Part shown: positions 37,666 through 47,471 of the stretch, piece after piece
How positions within the stretch are numbered: the first letter of the stretch is position 1
How the letters are laid out: the number at the start of each line of letters is the position of its first letter
Assembly (NCBI GenBank): GCA_039589315.1
Contig: JBDHHQ010000045.1
Location: 1 to 51,265, forward strand
Reading direction: 5' to 3'
Origin: Gemmatimonadota bacterium
GTDB taxonomy: Bacteria; Gemmatimonadota; Gemmatimonadetes; Longimicrobiales; Gaopeijiaceae
Length of the DNA: 51,265 nt
Translations under genes and position numbers: made by a program
The notes under the pieces: model-generated
Told to the model about the DNA's origin: nothing
The model's database searches: none
Seen by the model: the letters and a program-made list of their open reading frames with translations, nothing else

Positions 37666-40600
37666 TCACGAGCCGGTTCCGGGTCGCGGGGCATGTCCGG
37701 CTCCGCCGCTCGAGCTGGCCGCCGCACCTGCACCCAAGCGGACCAGGACGTCGTGCTCCTGCCCGTCATCGACGAGATCGATCCGATTCGACGGAAGCCC
37801 CGTGCCGTCGACGTGGATCCGCTGCACGCCGCTGCTCACGCCTTCCGGGTTCTCCACCCGGATCCGGTAGGTGGCCGTGTTCAGGCGCACTTCGACTTCA
37901 TAGCCGGGCCAAGTGGACGGAATGCACGGGTTGATGGCGAAGCCGCCGGGAACAGGGTACAGGCCCAGAATCGCCTCCGTGCCGAGCCTCCACATCCACG
38001 ACGCAGAGCCGGTGTACCACGTCCACCCACCGCGGCCGACGTGCGGCGGGACCGAGTACACGTCGGCCGCCACCGCGTAGGGCTCCACGCGGTACCGGAG
38101 CGCGCTCTCCCGGTCCCGGCTCTTGCTCAGCGGATTGAGCAGCTCGAAGCAGCGACCGGCTCGGTCCCCGTCCTTCAACGCAGCGAAGGCCCAGGCCGTC
38201 CACAGCGCCGCGTGGGTGTATTGCCCGCCGTTTTCCCGGACGCCCGGGGGATAGGCCTTGATGTAACCGGGCCATCGGTCGGTCCGGTCAAAAGGGGGAG
38301 TGAGAAGGAGGACGAGCCCGTCCTCTTCCCTCACCAGCTCCTCCCACACGGCCCCCATTGCCGACTCCACGCGCTGACGCCTGCCGCCGCCCGACAGCAC
38401 GGCCCACGCCTGGCTGATGGCGTCGATCCTGGCCTCGTCGTTCGTGGCCGACCCGATGGTCGCTCCGTCGTCGTAAGTGGCCCGGACATACCAGCGGCCG
38501 TCCCAAGCGAATTCCTCGACGCGGGCCAGGAGCTCGGCGGCCCCCTCTCGGAAACGGCCCGCGATCGGCTCGTCGCCCCGTGCCTCCACCAGCCCGCGAA
38601 AGGTCTCCAGCGTGGCGTAGAGGAACCAGGCCAGCCAGACGCTCTCGCCCAAACCCTCCACGCCGACCCGGTCCAGGGCGTCGTTCCAGTCCCCTGTGCC
38701 GATGAGCGGAAGGCCATGGGAGCCTTTCGTCGCTCCCCGCTCGACGGCCCGGATGCAGTGCTCATACAGCGTCCCACGCTCATCTCCATGGCCGTAGCTG
38801 CCGTACCGCTCCAGCTCGCCATTCGCCAGCGGCGCGCCGGCCAGGTACGCGACCTCTTCGTCCAGGATTCGGACATCTCCGGTGGCCTGTACGTAGGCGG
38901 CCGTCACGAAGGGCAGCCAGAGGAGGTCGTCGCTGCAGCGAGTCCGAACACCCCGTCCGGATGGCGGGTGCCACCAGTGGAGCACGTCGCCCTCTCCGAA
39001 CTGCCGGCTCGCGGCCTCGAGGATCTGCTCGCGCGCCACCTCGGGCCGGACGTGGAGGAACGCCAATGCGTCCTGGAGCTGGTCACGGAACCCAAACGCG
39101 CCGCTGGACTGGTAGAGGGCCGAGCGCCCCCAGAGACGGCAGGAAAGAGCCTGGTAGAGAAGCCAACGATTGAGCAAGGCGTCCATGGCCGCGTCGGGGG
39201 AGCGCACCGACACCCGTGACAACAGCGTCTCCCAGAACGCTCCCACACACTCTCTCATGCGCTCGACCGCACCGGGTCCGCGGCAGGTATGCACGATCTC
39301 CTTCGCTTCGGCCGCGGTCTCCGCCCAACCCAGGAAGAACCGCACGGTCTTGGACTCCCCCGGCATCAGATTCACGTGGACCTGAAGGGCGGCGCAGGGA
39401 TCGATTCCTGTGCCACGCCTCTTGCCGAGACCCATGCGCTCGAGCCCCGCCGGCCGCCGGAGGTCCCCACCGGGTCCCAGGAACTCGCGGCGATCCATCG
39501 TCCACCCATGCACCGCCTCGTCCGATGCCAGGAAGGCCACCCCCGCCTCCTCGAGCTCGTTGAACAGATCCCTAGCGAGAAGGATCTCGAGTCTGGGATC
39601 GAACTCCGTATCGAGGTGCGGCGCGGAGCGCTGCCGATCGGCCCCCAGCACCCACTCGGCGAAGTAGGTCACCGTGAGCCGACGGTCTCTGGACCAATCG
39701 TTCTCCAGGTCCAATGACACGACTTTGGCTCGGGGATCGGCGGAGGCGAACATCTCGAGCCGGTGGCGGACGCCGTGGCCGTGGTGCAGGAAGGTGGAGT
39801 ACCCGGCCCCATGCCGGATCTCGTAGGCTCCTTCCCCGGGCCGTGGGTGGGGCGTCGGTGACCAGTACTCCGCCGTTTCCTCGTCCCGTACGTAGATGGC
39901 CTCTCCCGAGCGGTCGAGGACGGGATCGTTACTCCAGGTGGTCAGCCGGCTCTCGCCACTGTTCCCCACCCACGAGAAACCCGATCCGGCCTCGGACACG
40001 ATGAACCCCAGCTCGGGCGTCGCCACGACATTGATCCACGGAGCGGGCGTGCTCACTCCGGGATCCAATCGAATCCGGTACTCCCGGCCATCCGGGGTGA
40101 GCCCGCCGAAGCCGTTGTAGAAGCGCACCCCCTCGAGCGGCGGCAACGGCTCGGTGGGCTCCGGGGCCCACGGTCCCGTCGGCATAGGCACGAACGGAGG
40201 TAGCTCGCGGGGCAGCTTCTCGATCCAGGCCAGGTGCGCGTCGAGGTCGCCCCGGTCCGTTTCCAGCATCACGCTGGCCGACTCCTCCACCGCAGCCCGG
40301 TGGAGAGGATCGAGGCGTGATGCCGGAAGGTAGTGCACGCCTCTCGGCCGATTCCGGTCTCCACCCCGACCCAGGCGGCCCAGCCTGGCGCGCAACCACT
40401 CTCCAAGCGGCTGATGGTACCCGTCTGCGCTCTCGTCCACGACCGCCAGCTCGATGGCCATGTTCTGCTCCCGCCACAGGGCGTAGGCCTTCACGGCCTC
40501 CAGCAGGAGACCGGTGTCCTCGGAACGGGAAACACGGACCACGAGAAGCGGGAGGTCACCCGAGATCCCCAGGGCCCACAGGCCCTGCTGCTGGGGCATC

Positions 40601-43600
40601 CGGTCGGGGAAGCGGGAGGCTCGCCCTCTGAGCCGGTGATAGGGATGGAGGAGCGCGGTGAGGAGCTGCTGGTAGCGTCGTACCTCGGCCGGCTTGATCC
40701 CCAGCGAATGAAGGAGCCTCTGCGACCGCGAACGGGACTGCTGAAACGCCCACGCTGCCGTGTCCGGTGTTCGATAGGTGTCGATCGCCTCCAGCACCGC
40801 TGCTTTGGACCGGCCAACGGCGGTCAGGTATACGAGCTCAATCTCCCCACTCGCCGGGACGTCGACCTCGCATGTGAAGCTCGCGATCGGATCCAGTACG
40901 GAACCTGCGCTTCCAGATCCTGCCCTTTCCCGAGGCTCGAGAGCCGCCGGCCTCCTGAGGTCACCGTTCCGACCCAGGAATCGCTCCCGGTCGGTTTCCC
41001 AGGCCGCGATCGAGCCCCTGCCGGGCCGATACGAGAGCGCATGGGCCATGAAGTGGGGTGGTTCCTGCGCTGACGCTGGTCTCCGGCGGTACAGAAGCAC
41101 GTCGAGCTCCGGGTGGAACTCGCTCTCCACAAACAGCTTGACGAATGCGGGGTGGCGCCGGTCCTCGTCCTGCTGCGCCAGGGAAACCTCCGCGAAGTTG
41201 GTGATGTGCAGCCTCCTTGGGCGCGCACGCTCGTTGACCAGCGTCACCCGGCGGATCTCGACGTCTGCACTCGGCGGTATGGTGACCGCCACCCGCACGG
41301 ACAGGTCGTCGTAGAGGCGATGATACTCGGCCTGGTGGGGGGAGAATGTCACCTCCACGTCTCCCTCCGACCAGGTCGGCGCGCGCGTGGCGGACCACAA
41401 CGCACCGGAGCTAAGGTCCTGGACGTAGAGCCAGTGACCCCAGGAGTCCGCCATTAGATCAGGGCGCCAGCGCGTGATGGCCCGGTCGCCCCACCGCAGG
41501 CCGCCAGCGCCCGTGGCCGTCACGAGCGAGCTGAGGCTGCCATTCGACAGGACCAGGGCCTGGACAGGCGACTCGTCCATGGGGATGGACCAGCTCTCCA
41601 CGGCCGGGGGACGGGTGATGGGCCGGAGCGGGACCGGGGCTTGCGGCGCCAGCGGCTCGGTCCGAACGTGGCCCGGAGCGCGCTCGTAAAGCAGGAACTC
41701 CGCTGCTGCCGTCCGGGGATCCGCGTGGAATCGGGCCACCATCACGTCGTCGTTCAGGAGGTTGTCCAGCGCCACCAGGATCATGCCTTGGTGGTGGGCC
41801 ATGTACGACCGAACCACCCGCGGTCTACGAGCCCTGGTGCCCTCGGGCGACCCGAAGTCGAGGGCCTCGTACAGGCCGTAGCTTCCGGAAGCCCCGTGGC
41901 GCTCGAGGGTCTCGAGGTTGGCTGTCACCTCCGCCGGCGTGAACGGGAGCGCGAGAACGCTGGCGTAGGGCGAGACCACCAGGCGCTGCAACGTGTCCCG
42001 CCTCAGCGCCAGGGCCGGGACGCCGAAGGCCCGGTACTGGTAGGTGGCGTGGCTGTCCAGATCGTGGTACGCCGATTCGGAGATGCCCCAGGGCGACCCC
42101 ACGCCTCGGGCGAACTGTATCTGCCGCTCGATCGCTCTTCGACAGCTCACCGCCAGGAGCGAATGCTCCGGAGTCCGCATGAAGAGCCTGGGCATGAGGT
42201 ACTCGAACATCGTGCCCGCCCAGGACAGCAGCACAGCCCCTCCTCCGGCCTTTCCGAACGGGCGGCCGAGGTGGAGCCAGTGCTCCGCCCTTATGTCGCC
42301 TTTCGCGATAGCCAGGAAGCTCGCCAGGCGGGCCTCGGACGCCAGCAAGTCGTAGTAGCTGTTGTCCAACTCCCCGGTCGTGGCGTTATAGCCGATGTGG
42401 AAGAGGTAGCGAGCGTCGTCATACAAGAACGCGAAGTCCATGCGCTCCGCCAGTTGAGCGCTCTGGCCCTGGAGGTCGTCCAGGGTCCTTAGCAGCTCTG
42501 TGGCGAGCTCGGAGGCCCGCCTCAACCGACACGCCAGCTCGCCCGCGAAGGTGCCACCTTCCCCGCTGTCCGGCGTGCTCGACGAGTCCAGAAGGGGCTG
42601 GAGCAGCCCTAGCGCCTCTCCGCAGATGTCCGGGATCTCCCGGAGAGACGCCGTCGGCGGAAGAGCGGACCGGAGCGCGCGCCATACGACCTCCGTGGAC
42701 GCGTCGTCTTCGCCGTTAGAAGATGGCGCCACGCCCTCGAATGCGCTGATCCAGGGGAGCAGCGCATCCACCCCACCCGAAACCTGCTCCATCTGTCCGT
42801 GGAGGCGAAGCAGCCAGTCCCGGATCTCCGGAAAGACTCCGCCCCCCCCTGAGCCCTCGGCCCCGGCCTCGACCATATCCTCGATCCGCCGTTCGACAGC
42901 GAACAGACCGCCTGCCACCTCAGGGACGGCAGCGTGGGGTCGGTCGCGCCGGGCCTCCACGCCGCGGATCAGCTCGCCGATCCGGAGCCCGATGTCTTTC
43001 ACGATTCCAGAAACGTCTTGGCCGCCCCTCTCCGGCATACGCTCCACCGCACTGCACAGGGCACGCAGTGTGTCCGCGAGCCCGTCCGACTCGACGCGCC
43101 TGGGGAGTGGGTCGTCGGCCATCGTGGCGCAGCCGATACGAAGCGTGACCAGGCTGGCCGCCAGATTCCCGCTGTCCACCGTGGAGACGTACCGGGGAGC
43201 CAGCGGTTCGAGGCTCCGGGTATCATACCAGTTCAGGAGGTGTCCACGGTGGGTCTCGAGCCGCTCGACGCCCTCCAGGATGTTGGATACCGTCGCCGCG
43301 AAACGCGGAAGGGTCAGATAGCCGAGGTCGTAGGCCGCGAGAGCCGAAAGCAGCCCGAGACCGATATTCGTGGGAGATGTTCGCGGCGCAGCCCTGCCTC
43401 CGGGATCCTCCTGGTAGTTGTCGGGCGGAAGCCAGTGGTTTTCGGGGCCGAGGAACCGCTCGAAGTAAGCCCAGGTCCGCCGGGCCAGTTCGCGGTGCGC
43501 CCTCGCGTCCGTGACTCGCGGAGCGCGTCGTCGCGGACGCAGGGGAGCGCTGACCCACAAGGCCACGACCGGGGAAAGAAGCCACCCCAGCAGGACTGGT

Positions 43601-46275
43601 GCGACCACCACCAAGCGCTCCGGAACCAGGAGCGCCACCAGGCCGCCCGCGCCGACCGCGAGTGCCGGCGCCGATGCCATCTGCTTCGCGAAGAACGTGA
43701 GCCCACGCTGCCCCGCCATCGCTGTGGACGTGACCGAGGCCGTGGTCCACTCGAGAAGCCGCTTTCGGCTGACGCACAGTCGAAACAGCGTCCGCAGGAT
43801 GCCGTCGATCTCCATGACCGCCTGATAGGGAAGGAACACCACCCCCAGAGCCCACCGGAAGAGCCCGAGGGGCGCCGACCGGGACAGGAAGGCACCCCGC
43901 CGGCCGAATCGGGCTCGTGCGCTCGTGGCGGCCCCGAGGAAGACCGGCGCGCCGAGAACCAGACCCATCGCGACCGTCCCCCACCACCAGTGGACTGCCG
44001 CAGACAGCCAGCTCCCCACGAGCAGGAGAGAGAGCGAGCCCATCAGGAGGCTGCGCCTCAGGTTGTCCGCGATCTGCCAGCGGCCAAGAAGCGAGATCGG
44101 GTTGCGGATCCGGTCACCCCCTTCCGCCGGAACGCGGGAGAGGAGCCACGGGGAGATCTGCCAGTCGCCCCTCACCCACCGGTGAAGCCGGCGAATGAAC
44201 GCCAGGACCGACGTGGGAAAGTCCTCGAAGACGGCAATGTCGCTGACGAGAGCCGACCGACCGTGGACGCCCTCGAAGAGGTCGTGGCTGAGCAGCGCGT
44301 TGGCGGGCACGCGACCGGCGAGTGTGCGCTGGAATGCTGCGACGTCGTAGACGCCCTTGCCGGCATAGATCCCCATCCGAAACAGGTCCTGATAGACGTC
44401 CGAGACGGCGTGGGAGTAGAGATCGAGCCCCTGATCGGCTTCGTAGACCTTCGAGAAGCGACTCGGCGCGTCTCCTCCCGGAAGCGTCTCGATTCGGGGC
44501 TGGAGCACGCTATAGCCGCGAACGAGCCGCCCGCTGGAGTCGACGCCGGGAGTGTTCAGCGGGTGGGCCAGCGTGCCTACCAGCCGGGCCGCCGCGCCCT
44601 GGGGGAGGAACGTGTCCGCATCCAGCGTGACGACGTACCGGGTCCCTTTCAGATCATCGATGTCGCCGACGGGCGAAATGAAATCGCCGTGGCCCAACCC
44701 GAGCGCCAGGCGATTGAGCTCCCAGAGCTTACCGCGCTTCCGCTCCCACCCCATCCAGCAGTTCTCGGACGGATTCCACCTCCGAGGTCGATGCAGGATC
44801 ATGAAGGCTCCACTACCGTCCCCACCGTAGCGCCGGTTCAGGGCCTCGATTTCGTCTATGGCCACCCGGAGCAGGGCGTCATCGCCCGCCATGACCTGCC
44901 GAGGAGCGTCGGTGTGATCCGTCAGGAGCACGAAGCGGACGACCGGGTCCGCGTTTCCTCCGTAGTTCAGCTCGAGTCGCCGTGCCAGGGATCGGATCTC
45001 TTCCTCCTCCGTCAGAAGACAGGGCACTACGACCACCGTGGGTCTCGTCTCTGGAATCCCCCTGGAGAAGTCCAACTTGGCGAGCGTACGTGGCCGCACT
45101 GCCTGAGCCACGGCCCAATTCACCACGGCGATCGCAACGGTTGTCGAAGGGACGACGGAGAGGAGGGTGAGCAGCGCCGCTGACCAAGGACGGCCTCCGG
45201 AGACTACGAGCGGGCCGACGATGGCCAAGAGCGCGCCGGCGCTGAGCGACGCAATGGCGCCGAAGTAGAGCATTGCCGAGTGCGAACGGAGCCACCTTGC
45301 TGCCCGGTGCCTCAAGGGCGGCGAGTATCCGAGTCGCGGTTCCAGCAGTGTTCGACCTTCGCCGGCGAGGTAGAATCCTACGTGGCCTCCGGGCACGACG
45401 TCGACCGCTGCGGGGCTCTCGTCAGGAGGACGGGCATCGCGGCTGGCCCGGGCCAGCTCCACCGCCTGGAGAGCCACGTGGCCTTCGCTCTGTCCGCTCC
45501 CCCGTGCGAGCTCTTCCACGACTTTCCGGTAGCTGTCCCGGGTATCGAAGTCCATCTGGGAGTAGGCCCCAGCGGGGTCCAGGCGGCGCAGCGTGCGTTC
45601 CACCCGGCTGACGCTTTCGAAAAAGGCCTTCCAGTCCAGCGTCCCGGCGGCGCGGAGGCTACCGATGGCTCCCGCGATCCGTTCGTCCAGGCTGGCGCCG
45701 GCGTCACCGGGTGCTGGAGCGGTTTGAACGGCCTCCGCCGGCTCTCGCTTCTTCCCGGACACGAGCTCGTCCCCGGTATCCGCCAGATCCGAAACCAGCG
45801 CGAGCCTCAACATCACGGGAAACGCCCAGAGCTCGGCCATCGTCAGCGGCGACACCGACTGATAGGCCTCGAGGAAGCGGCGGCTGCGCTCAGGATCTAC
45901 CCGGCCATGGCCCTCTGCCACGAGCGTCACCGCAATGGCATAGACCGGCGTGGGAACATCGAGAGGATTGCCCTCGAGCGTGCGAAGCGCGGCCAGGAAT
46001 CCGGGGGAAAGATCCCGTTGAACTTGCGTCAGCGCCCCCCTGACGACGTGCTGATTGTCGAGGAGCCATTCTGCCGACGCGGTGCGGCCGGCGGGCGATT
46101 CCTGGCCCAGCTCGGCGAAGTGGACGTCGAGGCGCTGCGCCAGCGAGGCGACGTAACGGCGGACCGCACCGCGCCGCGGCTGCCGTGACGACAGCCGGTG
46201 TGCGCGGGCCAGCTCGCGGGCGAGCTCCTCGATACCCGCCGCCGATTTGACCGGCGCCTGCGCTATGGACTCCAC
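37666..46275 (-). CDS. ndvB: Cyclic beta-1,2-glucan synthase (Cgs/NdvB/ChvB; GT84 + central domain + GH94)
   Basis: 2869 aa. WERKRGK, TLDADT, SHDLFEG, RRLHRWVRGDWQ; PPDNYQE, TSPTNIG, YDLLASEAR, WGISESA; YQSSGAFGFRDQLQD, GDWND, ENGGQYTH, WTWYTGS. Confidence 0.93.
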   Translation of the reverse strand: MESIAQAPVKSAAGIEELARELARAHRLSSRQPRRGAVRRYVASLAQRLDVHFAELGQESPAGRTASAEWLLDNQHVVRGALTQVQRDLSPGFLAALRTLEGNPLDVPTPVYAIAVTLVAEGHGRVDPERSRRFLEAYQSVSPLTMAELWAFPVMLRLALVSDLADTGDELVSGKKREPAEAVQTAPAPGDAGASLDERIAGAIGSLRAAGTLDWKAFFESVSRVERTLRRLDPAGAYSQMDFDTRDSYRKVVEELARGSGQSEGHVALQAVELARASRDARPPDESPAAVDVVPGGHVGFYLAGEGRTLLEPRLGYSPPLRHRAARWLRSHSAMLYFGAIASLSAGALLAIVGPLVVSGGRPWSAALLTLLSVVPSTTVAIAVVNWAVAQAVRPRTLAKLDFSRGIPETRPTVVVVPCLLTEEEEIRSLARRLELNYGGNADPVVRFVLLTDHTDAPRQVMAGDDALLRVAIDEIEALNRRYGGDGSGAFMILHRPRRWNPSENCWMGWERKRGKLWELNRLALGLGHGDFISPVGDIDDLKGTRYVVTLDADTFLPQGAAARLVGTLAHPLNTPGVDSSGRLVRGYSVLQPRIETLPGGDAPSRFSKVYEADQGLDLYSHAVSDVYQDLFRMGIYAGKGVYDVAAFQRTLAGRVPANALLSHDLFEGVHGRSALVSDIAVFEDFPTSVLAFIRRLHRWVRGDWQISPWLLSRVPAEGGDRIRNPISLLGRWQIADNLRRSLLMGSLSLLLVGSWLSAAVHWWWGTVAMGLVLGAPVFLGAATSARARFGRRGAFLSRSAPLGLFRWALGVVFLPYQAVMEIDGILRTLFRLCVSRKRLLEWTTASVTSTAMAGQRGLTFFAKQMASAPALAVGAGGLVALLVPERLVVVAPVLLGWLLSPVVALWVSAPLRPRRRAPRVTDARAHRELARRTWAYFERFLGPENHWLPPDNYQEDPGGRAAPRTSPTNIGLGLLSALAAYDLGYLTLPRFAATVSNILEGVERLETHRGHLLNWYDTRSLEPLAPRYVSTVDSGNLAASLVTLRIGCATMADDPLPRRVESDGLADTLRALCSAVERMPERGGQDVSGIVKDIGLRIGELIRGVEARRDRPHAAVPEVAGGLFAVERRIEDMVEAGAEGSGGGGVFPEIRDWLLRLHGQMEQVSGGVDALLPWISAFEGVAPSSNGEDDASTEVVWRALRSALPPTASLREIPDICGEALGLLQPLLDSSSTPDSGEGGTFAGELACRLRRASELATELLRTLDDLQGQSAQLAERMDFAFLYDDARYLFHIGYNATTGELDNSYYDLLASEARLASFLAIAKGDIRAEHWLHLGRPFGKAGGGAVLLSWAGTMFEYLMPRLFMRTPEHSLLAVSCRRAIERQIQFARGVGSPWGISESAYHDLDSHATYQYRAFGVPALALRRDTLQRLVVSPYASVLALPFTPAEVTANLETLERHGASGSYGLYEALDFGSPEGTRARRPRVVRSYMAHHQGMILVALDNLLNDDVMVARFHADPRTAAAEFLLYERAPGHVRTEPLAPQAPVPLRPITRPPAVESWSIPMDESPVQALVLSNGSLSSLVTATGAGGLRWGDRAITRWRPDLMADSWGHWLYVQDLSSGALWSATRAPTWSEGDVEVTFSPHQAEYHRLYDDLSVRVAVTIPPSADVEIRRVTLVNERARPRRLHITNFAEVSLAQQDEDRRHPAFVKLFVESEFHPELDVLLYRRRPASAQEPPHFMAHALSYRPGRGSIAAWETDRERFLGRNGDLRRPAALEPRERAGSGSAGSVLDPIASFTCEVDVPASGEIELVYLTAVGRSKAAVLEAIDTYRTPDTAAWAFQQSRSRSQRLLHSLGIKPAEVRRYQQLLTALLHPYHRLRGRASRFPDRMPQQQGLWALGISGDLPLLVVRVSRSEDTGLLLEAVKAYALWREQNMAIELAVVDESADGYHQPLGEWLRARLGRLGRGGDRNRPRGVHYLPASRLDPLHRAAVEESASVMLETDRGDLDAHLAWIEKLPRELPPFVPMPTGPWAPEPTEPLPPLEGVRFYNGFGGLTPDGREYRIRLDPGVSTPAPWINVVATPELGFIVSEAGSGFSWVGNSGESRLTTWSNDPVLDRSGEAIYVRDEETAEYWSPTPHPRPGEGAYEIRHGAGYSTFLHHGHGVRHRLEMFASADPRAKVVSLDLENDWSRDRRLTVTYFAEWVLGADRQRSAPHLDTEFDPRLEILLARDLFNELEEAGVAFLASDEAVHGWTMDRREFLGPGGDLRRPAGLERMGLGKRRGTGIDPCAALQVHVNLMPGESKTVRFFLGWAETAAEAKEIVHTCRGPGAVERMRECVGAFWETLLSRVSVRSPDAAMDALLNRWLLYQALSCRLWGRSALYQSSGAFGFRDQLQDALAFLHVRPEVAREQILEAASRQFGEGDVLHWWHPPSGRGVRTRCSDDLLWLPFVTAAYVQATGDVRILDEEVAYLAGAPLANGELERYGSYGHGDERGTLYEHCIRAVERGATKGSHGLPLIGTGDWNDALDRVGVEGLGESVWLAWFLYATLETFRGLVEARGDEPIAGRFREGAAELLARVEEFAWDGRWYVRATYDDGATIGSATNDEARIDAISQAWAVLSGGGRRQRVESAMGAVWEELVREEDGLVLLLTPPFDRTDRWPGYIKAYPPGVRENGGQYTHAALWTAWAFAALKDGDRAGRCFELLNPLSKSRDRESALRYRVEPYAVAADVYSVPPHVGRGGWTWYTGSASWMWRLGTEAILGLYPVPGGFAINPCIPSTWPGYEVEVRLNTATYRIRVENPEGVSSGVQRIHVDGTGLPSNRIDLVDDGQEHDVLVRLGAGAAASSSGGAGHAPRPGTGS

Positions 46276-47246
46276 GCGTAGGAGGCTCGGAGCGCGGCGG
46301 TCGAGAAGCTGTGCGCGTTCCCTGGCATCTGGATCCTCCGCGGGGCGTCCTGCAAGATCAAGATGGGAAGGCGGCCGTGCTCGATGAGACTACCTGCGAC
46401 GCTCCCGTACTGCCAGCCGGTTTCGACGGAATGGCCGTGAGCGCTGATCACGAGCATGGACGCTCGCTCCCGCTCGGCGAGCTCATCCAACGTCTTCGGC
46501 ACGTTGGAGGCGACCACGACGCGCTTGTGGACCCGCACGTCCGAGTGCGCCATGAGGTCTTCCAGGACATCCAGGTGGCGTTCGGCCTCCTGACGGCCAA
46601 GCTCGACCAGGCGGTCGATGACCCGTCGTTCTTCGACTTCCCCCTCTCCCTGGCTCAGGACCTCGGGGAGTGCGATCACGTGAACCAGACAAAGCTCGCT
46701 CCCCATGGGCTGAGCGAGAGACGAGGCGAGATGGGCCGCCCAGTCACCTCGGGTCGATCCATCCACCGGCACCATGATGCGCGGGAGCCGAGCCGGCTTG
46801 CCCGTTTCGGAGGGAAGCCCTGCCCGCACCAGCAACACGGACGTCTCTGCGGCCAAGGCGACCTTGTGGGCGGTTCCGCTGAGCCCAAAACGTGTGAGAC
46901 CGCCTTCCCCGTGAGTAGAGAGGAGGACGAGGTCGATGTTGCGCTGACGAGAAAGACGAACGATCTCCTGGGGCGCCGAGCCGGTGGTCACCTCCGTCTC
47001 AACCCGAGCCGCTGCCTGAGCAGATCGGAATGATCTCGCGATTCGTTCCAGATACGCGCGCGCCTCCTCCCGACTGAGACGCCATTCTACGCTCTCGAGT
47101 TGACCGTCGGTGGCGTGCGGCCCGGGTTCCAGCACGCGGTGCAGCAGCACACTGGACGAAAAGGCCCCCTGGAGGCTCAGACCGAAGGGAATCGTGCACT
47201 CGGCAAGCGGAGAACCATCCAGGGGAATGAGCAGCCGCTTCAGCAT
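46263..47246 (-). CDS. Tandem-domain universal stress protein (USP)
   Basis: LKRLLIPLDGS, LSTHGEGG, IMVPVDGS, ISAHG...YGSVA; overlaps the glucan synthase start by 13 nt. Confidence 0.93.
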   Translation of the reverse strand: MLKRLLIPLDGSPLAECTIPFGLSLQGAFSSSVLLHRVLEPGPHATDGQLESVEWRLSREEARAYLERIARSFRSAQAAARVETEVTTGSAPQEIVRLSRQRNIDLVLLSTHGEGGLTRFGLSGTAHKVALAAETSVLLVRAGLPSETGKPARLPRIMVPVDGSTRGDWAAHLASSLAQPMGSELCLVHVIALPEVLSQGEGEVEERRVIDRLVELGRQEAERHLDVLEDLMAHSDVRVHKRVVVASNVPKTLDELAERERASMLVISAHGHSVETGWQYGSVAGSLIEHGRLPILILQDAPRRIQMPGNAHSFSTAALRASYAWSP

Positions 47247-47303
47247 CGTCCGTCTCCGGTGCCGGCGTTCAGGCAAGTTCCGGTCGTCTTGGTCACGGGA
47301 AAG

Positions 47304-47318
47304 GCAAGACACATGCCA
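47304..47318 (-). promoter_or_regulatory. Putative sigma-54 promoter for USP-ndvB
   Basis: TGGCATGTGTCTTGC, a near-consensus -24/-12 element 57 nt upstream of the ATG. Confidence 0.75.
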
Positions 47319-47471
47319 TCAATACGCTCCTGTCGCGCTGTGAGAATCGCACCCTAACCACGCGGCCAACCGGCGCCCCGCCGGGGCGAATCCTCCTTCT
47401 ATCGGACCTCTTGGAGGCGTTTCCTGGGTGAACACCGCCAACACCGCTCGCTCGCTCGGGATCATGGAAGA

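Noticed and set aside
42934..45183. 749-aa + strand ORF and many other long antisense ORFs (e.g. 55-1119, 17303-18643, 37693-39219)
   Set aside because: Shadow ORFs of GC-rich coding strands with no recognisable motifs.
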